Part shown: one piece after another, positions 51,801 through 64,000 of the stretch
Position numbering within the stretch: position 1 is the stretch's first letter
How the letters are laid out: each line of letters begins with the position of its first letter
Source of the DNA: Camelus dromedarius
Taxonomy: Eukaryota
Reading direction: 5' to 3'
Assembly (NCBI RefSeq): GCF_036321535.1
Contig: NC_087436.1
Location: 76,696,001-76,760,000, forward strand
DNA: 64,000 bases
Translations under genes and position numbers: made by a program
Notes under the pieces: model-generated
What the model was told of the DNA's origin: nothing
The model's input: the letters and a program-made list of their open reading frames with translations, nothing else
Database searches by the model: none

Positions 51801-54702
51801 TGTTTCATTATTGGCAATTCCTTCTCTTGGGTCTCATAATAAGTAGGAGTGGAAAGTTGATGCTCAGAATAAAAATGTCCACTGCTTTGTTACTGTTCTG
51901 CAATTAACTAAACCAGGACATAAAAATAAGACAACAGTAGGAACTAATATATTTGCCGTTGGTTAAGTATACAGACTCCAACTCTGTTGCAATATTTGAA
52001 AACTGATTTCACCCACTGATTTTCACCGTGACCAGCAAGAGCAGCATTAACCAGAGCAAATGCCACATTTCCCATCTCTTGAGCATTAAAATTCTGCTGG
52101 CATTAACACCTGTGAGCTCCTTTACTAGCTATCTGCACAGGGTATATTTCACTGCTATAACCGTTATAGCATTACGCTCACCTCATAAATATCCATTGAC
52201 AAGCTGAAGCATACAACTGCACTTTAGTTTAGACTTTTCAAACACAGATAGCTGAGTTATTTATACCTCTACTCCAAACAAGAGTTTACTAAACCTTCTT
52301 GCTTTGTGCAACAGTAAACAAGTGATTCAAATTTTAAATTGTACTCAAAGCACAGATAAACAAAGGAACAGACACACAAGACAATTCAAGAGGTTCAGGA
52401 AATCACAAATATCAGGAAAAATGCTGACTTGAGAACACAATAGGCTTTTTGAGTGAAGATTTCCTGTAGCAACTGGATGTACAGAGTGAAGAGTAGGCAT
52501 CTACTATTCTCTCTCTCTCTCTGAAGGTCAGAACTTCCTGAAAGGTTTACTTCATTTTTTTGTTTAGTAAAAGGGCAAGTTACTGGTCCTTACATATTTA
52601 ATATTAATAATATAATAAGACCACATTCAACTATCAGCAATATATATATACACACAGCATACATATATACATACACATACACTCATAACGAGAGAGAAAG
52701 ACAAAGAGAGATATATATACACACATATATAATAAATAAAATAAGCTGTGTTATCTTCTACTTTAAATAAAACTGAATGATTTTGAGCTGAAATATAAGT
52801 TTCATATACTTTTTTCTAATGGAAGCTCAATCTATAAATGTCCCATTTTACAGCAGAGACAACACACCACATGGATGTTCAGTTGATGTCGTGAAGGGAA
52901 GTACTGAGTTTGCCTGATAAATTCATCTCCAAAATTTTTTCTCTTCATTCTGTTATGGCATCTGCAAAATTCTAGTGACTCTACACATACTGTTAACATT
53001 TAATTTGCAAATATCTATGTATCTTTATTTTTCTTGAGAGTCAGGCACACAGTTTGCAGTTAATGAAACATTTAACCCATACCTCATAATAGTAAGATAT
53101 GATGGCTAAAATAGCGTTCACTAAGAGCAAGGCAGAACCCTGCCAAAATTTGGAGACATAGCAAGAAAGCAAAGAGAGATCCCCACATAGTACATGACAT
53201 TGTCTGTAAAAGCAAAGCAGTAGTCAACCGAAAGCTAGGGAGAAAAGCAGGAGAGTGCTGAAATAATTCCCTTTTCAAAGACACCTAGGGCCTTCCTAAG
53301 GGAAAGGAAGCAGCCCACTGACGGTTGAAAGTTTGGGGAATGGGAAGAGGAATAAGAAAAATAGGCCTGAGGGGCCCAGAGCCTTTTGGAAACACATGGC
53401 AGTAGCCTGCTGAAACCTGAGTGCAGAACTGAGAAAGATCCCTCCGAGGCTCATGGGGCCTTCGAGAGTGCGAGGAATAGGGCCAGTCAAAGGCTGCAGG
53501 CAGAGAATCAATACGTGAACAGGCCTCTCCAGGTACAGAAAGTAGCAGCTGGTGGAGACAGAGGACGTATGGTCTCGGCAGCTGGAGAGCAAAGAGAACT
53601 CCACTGCAACCCCAGAAGCTCACAGGTGAGCTAGAGTGAGAGAGAGGGAGGGAAAGGGAAAGCGAAAGGGAAAGACAGAGAGCTCTGCTAAAGGGAAACC
53701 CCTGACCCTGTCCTCAAAATTTTGGAAGCCAGCAGTGAACTAAAAATAACTAAGATGGCAACAAACCAAGACCCTGCTCAACCACAGATTAGCAACATGA
53801 CAGTGGAAGTATATATATGTTTCTAGAGGTAAATATTATCTAGGTTATTCTATTTTTATGACAGTGTCCAGCATAAAATTACAAATTATGGTACACACAA
53901 AGAAGCAGGACAATATGACCATAATCAATGGGAATACAGTTAATATAGGCAAATCTACAGCTAACAGACAAGGGCTTTAAAGTAACTACAATAAAAATAT
54001 TAAAAGTTCTAATGAGAAAGGTGGATTTTAGCAGGAATATGGAAACTCTCATTAAGAACAAAATGGAAAAACTAGAGACAAAAATTGTACTATCAGATAT
54101 AAAGAACATTTTGATTTATATAAAAATAGACAGGACATACAAGAAGAAAAACTCACTGAACCTGAAGGTAGGATTATAGAAATTGCTCAAATTGAAAAAC
54201 AAAGAGAAAAAAATAACTAAAGAGAATCTGAGACCAGTGGGACAATATATATCTAATGGTCCGTCACATGAGTAATTGGTGTCCCAGTAGAGAGAAGAAA
54301 GAGAGGGGAAGAAAGATTTGAAAAAAAAAAATAATGGTTAAGAATTTCCTAGACTTGATGAAAGGCATAAACCTTCAAATCAAAGAAAATTTGTGACCTT
54401 TAAGCAGGATAAACATATGGAAAACCTTATCAAGAACATATAATAAAACTTATGAAAACCAGAGAATATCATAAGAGTATACCTGCTTTGTCCCTCATTA
54501 TCCTTTAGCCCAAGACATCCTATGCAGAGAAAACAGCTCTAAGCATGACAGCCAACTTTTTACCAGAAACAATGTAAAACACAAGACAGTGGAACTCTCA
54601 AAAATGCTGTATGGGGACGAAAAGAGTCAACCTAAATTTCCATATCCTGAGAAAATACCACTCAAGAATGTAAGGAAAATAGACATATTAAGACAAGCAA
54701 AA

Positions 54703-56003
54703 GCTAGAACACTCCCTTACACCATATACAAAAATCAACTCAAAATGGATGAAAGACTTAAACATAAGACAAGATACAATAAACCTCCTAGAGGAAAACA
54801 TAGGCAAAACATTATCTGACATACATTTAAAAAATTTTCTCCTAGAAGAAATAAAAGCAAGAATAAACAAATGGGACCTAATGAAACTTACAAGCTTCTG
54901 CACAGCAAAGGAAACCAGAAATAAAACAAGAAGAAAACCTATGGAATGGGAGAAAATTTTTGCAAGTGAAACCGACAAAGGCTTGATCTCCAGAATATAT
55001 AAGCAGCTCATACGACTCAATAAGAAAAAAATAAACAACCCAATCCAAAAATGGGCAGAAGACCTAAACAAGCAATTCTCCAAGGAAGACATACAAATGA
55101 GCAAAAAGCACATGAAAAAATGCTCAATATCACTAATTATCAGAGAAATGCAAATCAAAACTACAATGAGGTATCACCTCACACCAGTCAGAATGGCCGT
55201 CATTCAAAAATCCACAAATGACAAATGCTGGAGAGGCTGTGGAGAAAGGGGAACCCTCCTACACTGCTGGTGGGAATGCAGTTTGGTGCAGCCACTATGG
55301 AAAACAGTGTGGAGATTCCTCAAAAGACTAGGAATAGACTTACCATATGACCCAGGAATCCCACTCCTGGGCTTGTATCCAGAAGGAAATCTACTTCAGG
55401 ATGACACCTGCACCCCAATGTTCATAGCAGCACTATTTACAATAGCCAAAACATGGAAACACCATCAACAGGTGACTGGATAAAGAAGAAGTGGTATATT
55501 TATACAATGGAATACTACTCAGCCATAAAAACCGACAACATAATGCCATTTACAGCAACATGGAGGCTCCTGGAGAATGTCATTCTAAGTGAAGTAAGCC
55601 AGAAAGAGAAAGAAAAATACCATATGAGATCACTCATATGTGGAATCTAAAAAACAAAAACAAAAACAAACAAACAAAAACAAAGCGTAAATAAAGGACA
55701 GAAATAGACTCACAGACAGAGAATACAGACTTGTGGTTACCAGGGGGGTGGAGGGTGGGAAGGGATAGACTGGGATTTCAAAATTGTAGAATAGACTACA
55801 CTGTATAGCACAGGGAAATATACACAAAATATTATGATAACTCACAGAGAAAAAAATGTGACAATGAGTGTGTATATGTCCATGAATAACTGAAAAATTG
55901 TGCTGAACACTGGAATTTGACACAACATTGTAAAATGATTATAAATCAATAAAAAATGTTAAAAAAAAGAATCATTCCTTTAATGTTAAAAAAAAAAAAA
56001 AAA
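54703..56003 (+). mobile_element. Young 5'-truncated LINE-1 insertion with TSD and poly(A)
   Basis: 13-bp TSD AAGACAAGCAAAA at 54690-54702 and 56002-56014; TT|AAGA target site; long open ORF2 stretch; AATAAA and A-tail. Confidence 0.95.
54749..55650 (+). pseudogene. LINE-1 ORF2p C-terminal fragment with one frameshift
   Basis: Cys-rich motif [18 protein letters not shown] and [14 protein letters not shown]; continues in another frame to YTMEYYSAIK...SLICGI*. Confidence 0.95.
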
Positions 56004-56949
56004 GACAAGCAAAACCTGACATAATTTATCTGCAACAGACTTCAACAACCACGAGTGCTAAATGAAATTCTTGAAACTGGAGGAAAAGACACTATATGGA
56101 AGTCTAGGTGTGCAGGAAGAAATAAAAAGAAACAGGAGTAAACATATGCACAAACACAGAATCTAAATACATAAAATAAATAAAATTTCTTTATGACTAT
56201 TGATTACTTAGCACTAAACTAATAATATCGTATTATTAAATTCATAACTTTTCTAGAAGTACCATATATGACAATAGGAGCACATAGAGATAGAGGGGGA
56301 AATGGAAATTAGGCCACAGTAGTGTTTATATATTATTTTTAACTAGTATACTATTATTTGATTGTAGATTGTGAGAAGTTAAAGAAGCTTTATCTCTAAA
56401 GCAACCACTGAAAAACAGCAGAGAGATACAGCTTTAAAAGAAAATAAGGAGATGGAATGGATTACAAAAAAAATTATATTAATCCAAAAGAAGGCAAAAA
56501 AAAAAAAAAAAAGAAAGAAACAGATGAACAAAGAATGGGTAGGACAAATAGAAATAATATAGTAGACACAAGAACTGGAAATAAACTGAAACAAATAAAC
56601 TGGATACATAACCAAATTTACATAAGAAATGATTTCAAGTAACTTAACACAGTATTTTGCTTGTATAGCAATAACAGAATATAATCCAGGGATAAACAGA
56701 CCAGCAAAAAGTTTATTTCATTCATTAGCCTTAATTTTACTAATACCCATTTCATTATTAATTTGCAGATATATATATCTAAATATATATATAAAAAAAA
56801 TAGGATAGAGCAAATAAGTATTTTAATATTGGTAAGGCCAAGATTTTTCATGTAAGAGAAAAGAGGTACAAAGTATATATTCAAAAATATTAAGTAACAT
56901 CTTTTAATGCTAAATTAGAATTGAAACTATACCATTAACTCATGATTTT

Positions 56950-57350
56950 TTAAAACTGTTGAGTTTCCTAGCTCCACCTGCTGAAAATGCTGAGAAGCAA
57001 TGAAAACCCAATAACAATTAGCACCCTTAGTATCCAAATATGTTCTCTAAATACCATAATCTATCTAAAACATCTAAGGCTCCTTGGAGTTGAATGGTTC
57101 ACTCCAGTTTTGAAATAGAAAAAGTAAAAGATGTGTCTGAGACATACTGTGCCCAAACTAAAGAAATTTATCAAAGACTAATGTAAGCCATGTCAAAAAT
57201 ATAAAATAATCACTATGATGAATCAGGCTTTTATAACATGGTTTCTCTGATCTATCTTGGCATCACAAACAGAACAGTTGATGTGATGCATTACAAAGTG
57301 CACAGCACCACTTGCGAATAATCTATGCCAAAAGAAAAGGGTGACTCTCA
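56950..57350 (+). mobile_element. L1MC-like 3' region fragment
   Basis: CCTAGCTCCACCTGCTGAAAATGCTGAGAAGCAATGA, GGCTCCTTGGAG, ATCAAAGACTAATG. Confidence 0.55.
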
Positions 57351-57419
57351 ATCAGAAAGGGGGTACAGAATGTCAGTATATATGAGCATGTGTGTTGGGG
57401 ACCAGTGCTGGAGGAGTTG

Positions 57420-57660
57420 TAATATCATAGAGATTTTCAGGTGGCACTTGAGCAGAGATTCTAAGGAAGTCAGTGAAACTTCCTATGGGGAAGAATAATT
57501 CTAGTAGAGAAAATAACAAATTCAAAGGCCCTGGGGTGAAAATGTCTTTGGCATATCTGTAGAAAAGTAAGATCGCATGGCAGGAACAGGCTGAGCGATG
57601 AAGAAAGTGAGAGATGAGGGCAGAGAGGAAGCAGAGACCATCTGAAGCCTTGAGGCAGCA
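57420..57660 (-). mobile_element. L2 fragment
   Basis: CACTTGAGCAGAGATTCTAAGGAAG...AAATTCAAAGGCCCTGGGGTG. Confidence 0.65.
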
Positions 57661-60600
57661 ACTGTTATAAATTCTCTTTTAAGGGCCAAGTTACTAGTTA
57701 TACAAAGTTAACACCTGGATCCCTTCTCATCTCTTTTACAAAGCAGACTGAGCTAAGATATAAAGTGATTTATTTTTCAAAGTTCTTAAGACTAACATTC
57801 TCTCTCTCTCCCACATACACTCAACAGACAATATCAGAATAAAGTACACAAACTCCAACCATTATGTCAAATAATGGCTAAATGAAAACTCAGTCCATAT
57901 TTAAATGATGCATTTAGATAAATGTTAGACAAATCCAAATGAAAGGTATAATATATCACCACTATTCAATCAGGTGGAAAACAGAATAAATTAATTTACT
58001 CAGTGTGGAAGAATGTGGCATGAAAATGATAATTTTCACCTGAGTGTTTCTAGACTTAAAACTTTAACCTCAGTTGTTAACATCACAGAGCAAAAATTTT
58101 ACATGCAACTCATATATTTTTTCCTAGAAAATTAGTCACTTAGATAATTTGTTTATCTTATCAAACTGCTTTTGGCACATTTAAAGAGAAATCTTGAATG
58201 CTTATACATCATTATCACTGAAAAATATTTATTGGGAGATTTTGCTAATGTACATGATCCTAGGAATGCAATGATTTATCCCTAGCTATGTTTAGGTTTT
58301 AAGAGTTAAATCCTCACTTTTGGGACTCTAAAACAGTGTATGTTGTTCCAGGTTGAAATTTAATAACTAAGAATGTGTTGATGAATTCAGGCTATACGTG
58401 ATTCATACAAATTTTCATTAGCTGCCCCTACTTAAAAGTATCCACAGCTCTTTGGGTCATCTGTCAGACAGCTAAATTCCCAGCTAATCTGAGACTAAGA
58501 ACAGTCATTTAACAGGATCTTTCAAAGAAAAACAAATTTTAAAAACCACTTTAGGTTTTAAAAATTAATACTTGATGGATAATACCAATTAAAAAACTTT
58601 AAAGAAATGTACAGTTTTTAAAGTTTCACTTTGAAGGGAAATTATAGGCTACTTTCTAGATTGTAAATTAAAATTTTTTATTAAAAATCTTCCTAAAGCT
58701 TTAGCTGGAAAATTAGTTACTATGATGCTGTTTTCCTTCAGTACAGCAAGTATTTAGTGAACTCATTCCAGGCATTCAGTCCTAATAGAAGACATATGTA
58801 TGTATTCAATTTTTGGACAACAAATTTATGCTTTAGGTTTTTTTTTTATTACATTTGGGAAAACAATTTTAAACAATTGCTGAAGTCATATTTATATTTA
58901 ATAAAGCATCCAAATCCCTAAAGTCAGGATTTAATTTTGAATATTTATTATAGACTAGTATTTAGATGTATGATATAAAATGATATATGCTTTTATATAA
59001 CACATAAGTAATGTGGATTAAAATTCTTCACATTACACTTCTACATCTTAAACTGCTACAGCAGCAACCAAATGATTACATTTATTGCTAAATTTATACC
59101 AAGGAGAACAAAACTTCAAGCAGCACCTTAAATCGTGGATACTAAAATTAGGCTGTTGACAGCATGAAGACTATCCCTGCTTTTATATGCAGATGCAAGT
59201 CTGAACAAGCCTTTCATATGTAGCCACGGGGATTTATATTGCAAAGATAGATGCCACTGTGACCCAGGTGTCACTTCGCTTATCAATGAGTATACAATGG
59301 CACTTAATGAGAATTCTTTGCTCATAGCGTGCAGAGAAACTAAACATGAATTTTGTCCCTTGACCAATACAGGCATTCCTACCCTAAATAACATTATCAA
59401 CTAACAAGACTGACTCTTAAAATAATTGTGGTAATATTAAACCATATCTGGAGACACAATTAATTTCCCTCAAATGGAAAGAATAAAATCTCAAAGTTTA
59501 AACATTTATACACAGATAAGCATATAGACACATTCAAATAAGTAAAAAACATGATTGTGACAGTGTTTGAGAGAACGAATTACCTACTCATATGTAATAA
59601 GTTACCTCTGTTTGCAAAGGACAGTTTGCTTCTTCCTGCATAGAACTCAAAAATGCTGAAGACACATACATTTAAGAGTCAAATAACTAAAAGTGATTGG
59701 CTTTGATTAAATCTCCATTTGATTGTCTACATGTAATTATTCAACATAAATCCTAGAACCAGAAACTGGAATTTAGGTCCATCTACAAGTCAAATATTGG
59801 GTGGAGTGTTAGTGCAAATAGATGATTTATGGATAGATGGAGGGATAGGTAGACAGATAGTGATAGATATATAGATAAATAGACAGGAAGATATATAGAC
59901 ACATAGATGTGGATATAGAGTCAATTTTCAGTTAGCTCAGAAAAACAAATTCTGATATTCTAAGCCAAAATGATTTTCTAAACCACAATTAATATTTTTA
60001 TCCTAATATCTTCTCCTACTACAAAAAATATAGACTCTAGATGATGGCAAAGTTTGTTCAGCTGTATAATTCTTCCAATTTTTTAAAACAAAATAGCTAA
60101 GTATTTGTTAAAACTCTTACCTTCTTTCCTAGACTGTAAGCTTCATGATTTTTTTTTAACTACCATTTTGCAAATACCTAAGACAGTGTTCATCCTACAG
60201 TTTAAGTGCTTAAAAATATTTGCTGAATTAATTACAACTACTGGGTTTGAAACATTAAATTTGATCTATGCAGCTAATATATCTCTCTGAAACATATAAT
60301 TGATATTGATATCAATAGTCATATGAATACTGAGGTAGTTCACTCTAACTGCACCATGATTAGCAAGCTATAAAATACAGGACAATGGATCCCCTGTCTA
60401 AACATACAAATTCAAAGCTATAAAACTACACTTCAGTTTTTAACTGACTCGTAAGTCTGCAATAGAGGCAACTGTTCCATGGCGAAAGTCCTCCTGGATT
60501 ATTTTGTGAAGTGGATATTGAAGCAGCCCTAGATGTCTTGTTTCCTACGTGTCGGCCCAGGGGCTAGGCATGATAGGGAAATGGCTGAACTGCAGGACAG

Positions 60601-63519
60601 AAGTGTTCTGAGCTGGAAGGCAAGTAGGCATCAGGGAGGAACTGAACTTGATGTCAATTTTAAATAGAGAGCAGATGGTAGGAAGTGAGGTCCGCTTCAT
60701 GCCCGAAACCACCGACAGAGAAGACAGAGATAACAGTATGTATGCTAAGTCCGTTATGATCTGTAGATCTAAATGCAACACATGTTTGACAAGCAGGAAG
60801 TGGTCATTGTGAGTAACCTAATCGCACGTAAACATGTCATGAAGCAATGAAACGTTAGATCAGTGCCCAGTTAATTAGCTGATTTTGTGGGCGTTTATTT
60901 TCCTTTATGCCTCTTAATTCACTGTCAAAGAAATCAACATCATGTGTGGCATGCCACTTACTACCTCCATGTGTGTCGATAAAATTCTAGAGACCAAGTT
61001 ATGCTTCAGGAGGAATTATCCTGTATTTCCTGATTACTAACATCATTAGTAATTAGTCATTTGAAAACAATACAGCACAATTCATGCAGATTTCCCAAAA
61101 GACGTATTTTAAAAAAAAAACTCTTAAAATTGATGGCATTTGCTGACAAATGTGAATGAAAGTTTAAGATTTAGTTAATACTGAACTCTTCATCAATAAG
61201 ATTTGGACTTAAAAAGAATAAAAATATTCTTGAAAAGAATAAACTATAATTGACAATCAACTTCAATTACTACATCTTATTTAAGATGAACAAGAAAGTC
61301 CGTAATCTACAATGCTTTATTGGAGTTGTTCTTCCTTTGGTAAGAGATTATTAGAAAATTATTAATTCCATGGCAAGACCGGTACACAGAACATTCTTCA
61401 GAGTCAGGAAGGTGAAAGGAAAAGGCAAGACGCTGCCTTTCGCATTTGCAGAAAATCGGGTGTTCATAAAGCTTGCTTCCTTTAAATTCAGTCTCTGTCA
61501 GACTGTTAAAATATGACAATGAAAATTCAATTCCCAGACCTTGACACTTGAAAATATCTCTTTGACGGAAACAAAAGAGAGGTGCAGGTAGTCCTGCGTC
61601 AGGACAACGCCACAATAAAAGCCGTGCCGAGCTGTCACACTCTAACCTGGCACCCTATCATCACAGACAGAAAGGCTATGTGAGATGACAATGTCATGTA
61701 TTGTTTGAATGGCATCCCTGAGAAAAACCCAACTGCAGCAGCGCATTTTGAGATTTAAACGTGAAAGATTGGTCATTCTAAATATATATCATTGTATTTT
61801 TTCATCAGAGTCAACATCTATCTTTGGAACTTAGAGAAGACTGAATGAATAAAATATTCTTGTACCAGCAAACCCCAAACCTGGACAATCGTATCAGCAT
61901 TTTTATTCAGTCTCTTCTGACAACATTAATGCACCTTGCAAAAAGAAAGCCAGATGTTCATTCTATTTGGTGCTATTAAAAATCTATTTTACAGACTTAA
62001 ATTATATTCACTCTTCTTTTTTTTTCCAAAAAAAAAAAAAAAGATGATGGCATTGAAGCCTTTGATAATAAAGAAAACATATTTTTATGTGGGTTTTTTG
62101 GTACTTCCAGCTTTAAATATACAACTTAACATATGTTTAAAATAGAGCATATGGGAATAAGAAAAAGCAAATCTGAAATCCAGGCACAAATACTACTTTA
62201 TAGTAATTTCAAATCATGCAGGTTATTGAGACTCAGAACTAACAAAAATATAATCTCTTTGCTATAATCATACTAACTTTCAGGACTTAAGATTTCCATA
62301 GCTAATATCTCGTTATTCAGGTTCTACAAAATTCACTCCTACATTTTAAAAGGATTATATCAAGAGAGTCCTCTTGGTGTGAGTTGGGGTCATTTATTAT
62401 TGAGCAATATTAAAAACAACACCTTTACAGATCAGCCAATGAGTGAATTAATTAGCAGCAACCAGCCAGTACCATCAGTGTAATAACATCCATCTATCCA
62501 CTAACTGCATTATTACAGAGGTGGTGTCCATGAACTAGTTGGTATTGGGCAAAGAAGAAGTTAACATCATTCAGCTGTTCTCTAGACAAGAGGAATTTTT
62601 AAAGTATTTCTCTTTTGTTGCATTTCCCTTTTATGGGAAAAAGACAAATTTTGCCTAATAAAATGATCTTACAAATTATTTACCACCAATCAGTGTGTTC
62701 TGAAACAGTCTCTTCAATGTCCTATGTTCTTTACTTTGGGAGAACTATAGACCTAAAATTGATTCAAAATGATGGCTTTGGAAAACTTGCAAGACTGCCA
62801 AGGGTCTGCTGAATTAACAGTGATTGATATGTGTTGAATAAATCAACCAGTATTTTAAAATGACAGTTTGAATCCATTTTTTAAGAATTGATAATCCATT
62901 TGATTCATATTTTCTTGTGCATGTTTTTGAGAGGATTTAGCAAACCAGAACATTTAAGTTACCAAAACATAGCAATCCCAATCATGTCTACTAAAAAAAA
63001 GTTGATCGAACCATGTTATCAATGAGATAGGAGTGTGTCTAACTTGATGGAAGAAGGTTGTCGTTCTAACCTTATCATTTTACAAGCCACATGTCAACTT
63101 TCCATCCAGATGGTTGTTTTAGCCTATGTAGTTGCAAAGAGGAATGAGACTGTTGTCATATTGAAGCAAACAAAGAGATCTGACTTTAAGCTTAGAAAGG
63201 AAAATGAGAATTCATAAAGATCTGGAAAAACTTTCATGTGAAAGTAACTACTTTATTTTTAAAATATATCTATTTCATCAAATGTGGAGACAGCTAAACA
63301 TAACATGTCTTTAGATATTTTTAAATGAACTAAGAAGTGCAACTATGTTTCTTATATGGAAAAGCTGCTGTAAGGTTACCATAACTTACTAGGTAACTCT
63401 CTTACCTTTGTATTCCTATGCTAAGCAAAATGCTTCAGTTGGAAGTACACACTATCTATTTACAAATGGGAAAAGTAAGTGGAAAAGTAGAAGCTAAAAA
63501 AAACCCAAAACCTATCTTT

Positions 63520-63843
63520 ATTCCACTTCACACCTCTTAGGATAGATATCATCAAACAAACAGAAAATAGCAAGTGTTGGCAAAGAAGTGGAGATACTGG
63601 GATCTTCATGCATTACTGAGGGATATATAAAAAGTGCACTATGGAAGATAGCATGGTAGTTCCTTAAAAAGTGAAAGATAGAATTATCATATGATCCAGC
63701 AATCCCACTTCTGAGTATATGCCCAAAAGAACTGACTCAAACAGGTATTTGTAAACTTGTGTTGACAGCAGCACTATTCAAAATAGGCAAAAGGTGGAAA
63801 CAACCCAAATGTCCATTCACAGATGAATGGATAAATAAATGTG

Positions 63844-63882
<39 letters not shown>

Positions 63883-64000
63883 GTGGATTATTACTCAGGC
63901 TTAAAAAGAATGACATTTGACACAGGCTAGAACCTTAAAAACATTATGCTAAGTGAAATAAGACTGACCAAAAAAAAGACAAGTATTATGTGATTCCACT
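63520..64000 (+). mobile_element. L1MB-type ORF2 3' region, running off the window, with internal (CA)n
   Basis: CATATGATCCAGCAATCCCACTTCTGAGTATATGCCCAAAAGAA, AAACAACCCAAATGTCCAT, CATTATGCTAAGTGAAATAAG. Confidence 0.9.

Larger units (their letters stand above)
53130..56640 (+). mobile_element. Old L1M element (5' UTR and ORF1 region), split by a younger L1
   Basis: Decayed ORF1-type motifs (CTGAACCTGAAGGTAGGATTATAGAAATT, GAATTTCCTAGACTTGATGAAAG, TGACAGCCAACTTTTTACCAGAAACAATG); sequence resumes in register after the TSD at 56015. Confidence 0.75.

Noticed and set aside
53285..53634. Overlapping ORFs of 82-112 aa
   Set aside because: Lie in the GC-richer 5' region of the old L1; no recognisable product
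54688..55158. 156-aa hydrophobic minus-strand ORF
   Set aside because: Antisense shadow of the A-rich L1 ORF2 strand
63404..63453. Minus-strand mini-exon-like unit with an AAG|GTAAGA donor
   Set aside because: Weak acceptor, stops in all frames and no other support
1..64000. CRISPR array, operon, defence system, tRNA or rRNA genes
   Set aside because: Mammalian repeat-laden DNA; no regularly spaced repeats or structural RNA signatures seen, and the other 60-110 aa ORFs fit chance

Overview
AT-rich mammalian genomic DNA, intergenic or intronic in character. The L1 3' ends and the apparent lack of Alu, BovB, CHR, PRE and CanSINE elements suggest a cetartiodactyl, probably a camelid. I cannot support any intact cellular protein-coding gene. 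The only ORFs with a recognisable product are LINE-1 ORF2 remnants (54749-55650 and a decayed RT segment at about 22630-23160). The first ~41 kb is dense with ancient eutherian repeats (L2, MIR, MLT1, MLT2, MER21, MER3, MER5, MER2, HAL1/L1M), several of them nested. About 41-53 kb and 57.7-63.5 kb are mostly unique and contain CpG-retaining blocks, including a minus-strand terminal-exon candidate (45877 to ~45200) of a gene or lncRNA I could not identify. Three non-coding exon-like units lie on the plus strand at 25.5-28.2 kb. A young 5'-truncated L1 (54703-56003) has a perfect 13-bp TSD and what looks like a 19-nt 3' transduction. There is no CRISPR array, rRNA, tRNA or prokaryotic system, and I cannot claim a new biological system. 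Repeat family names come from recalled consensus motifs, and boundaries are approximate unless a TSD is quoted.
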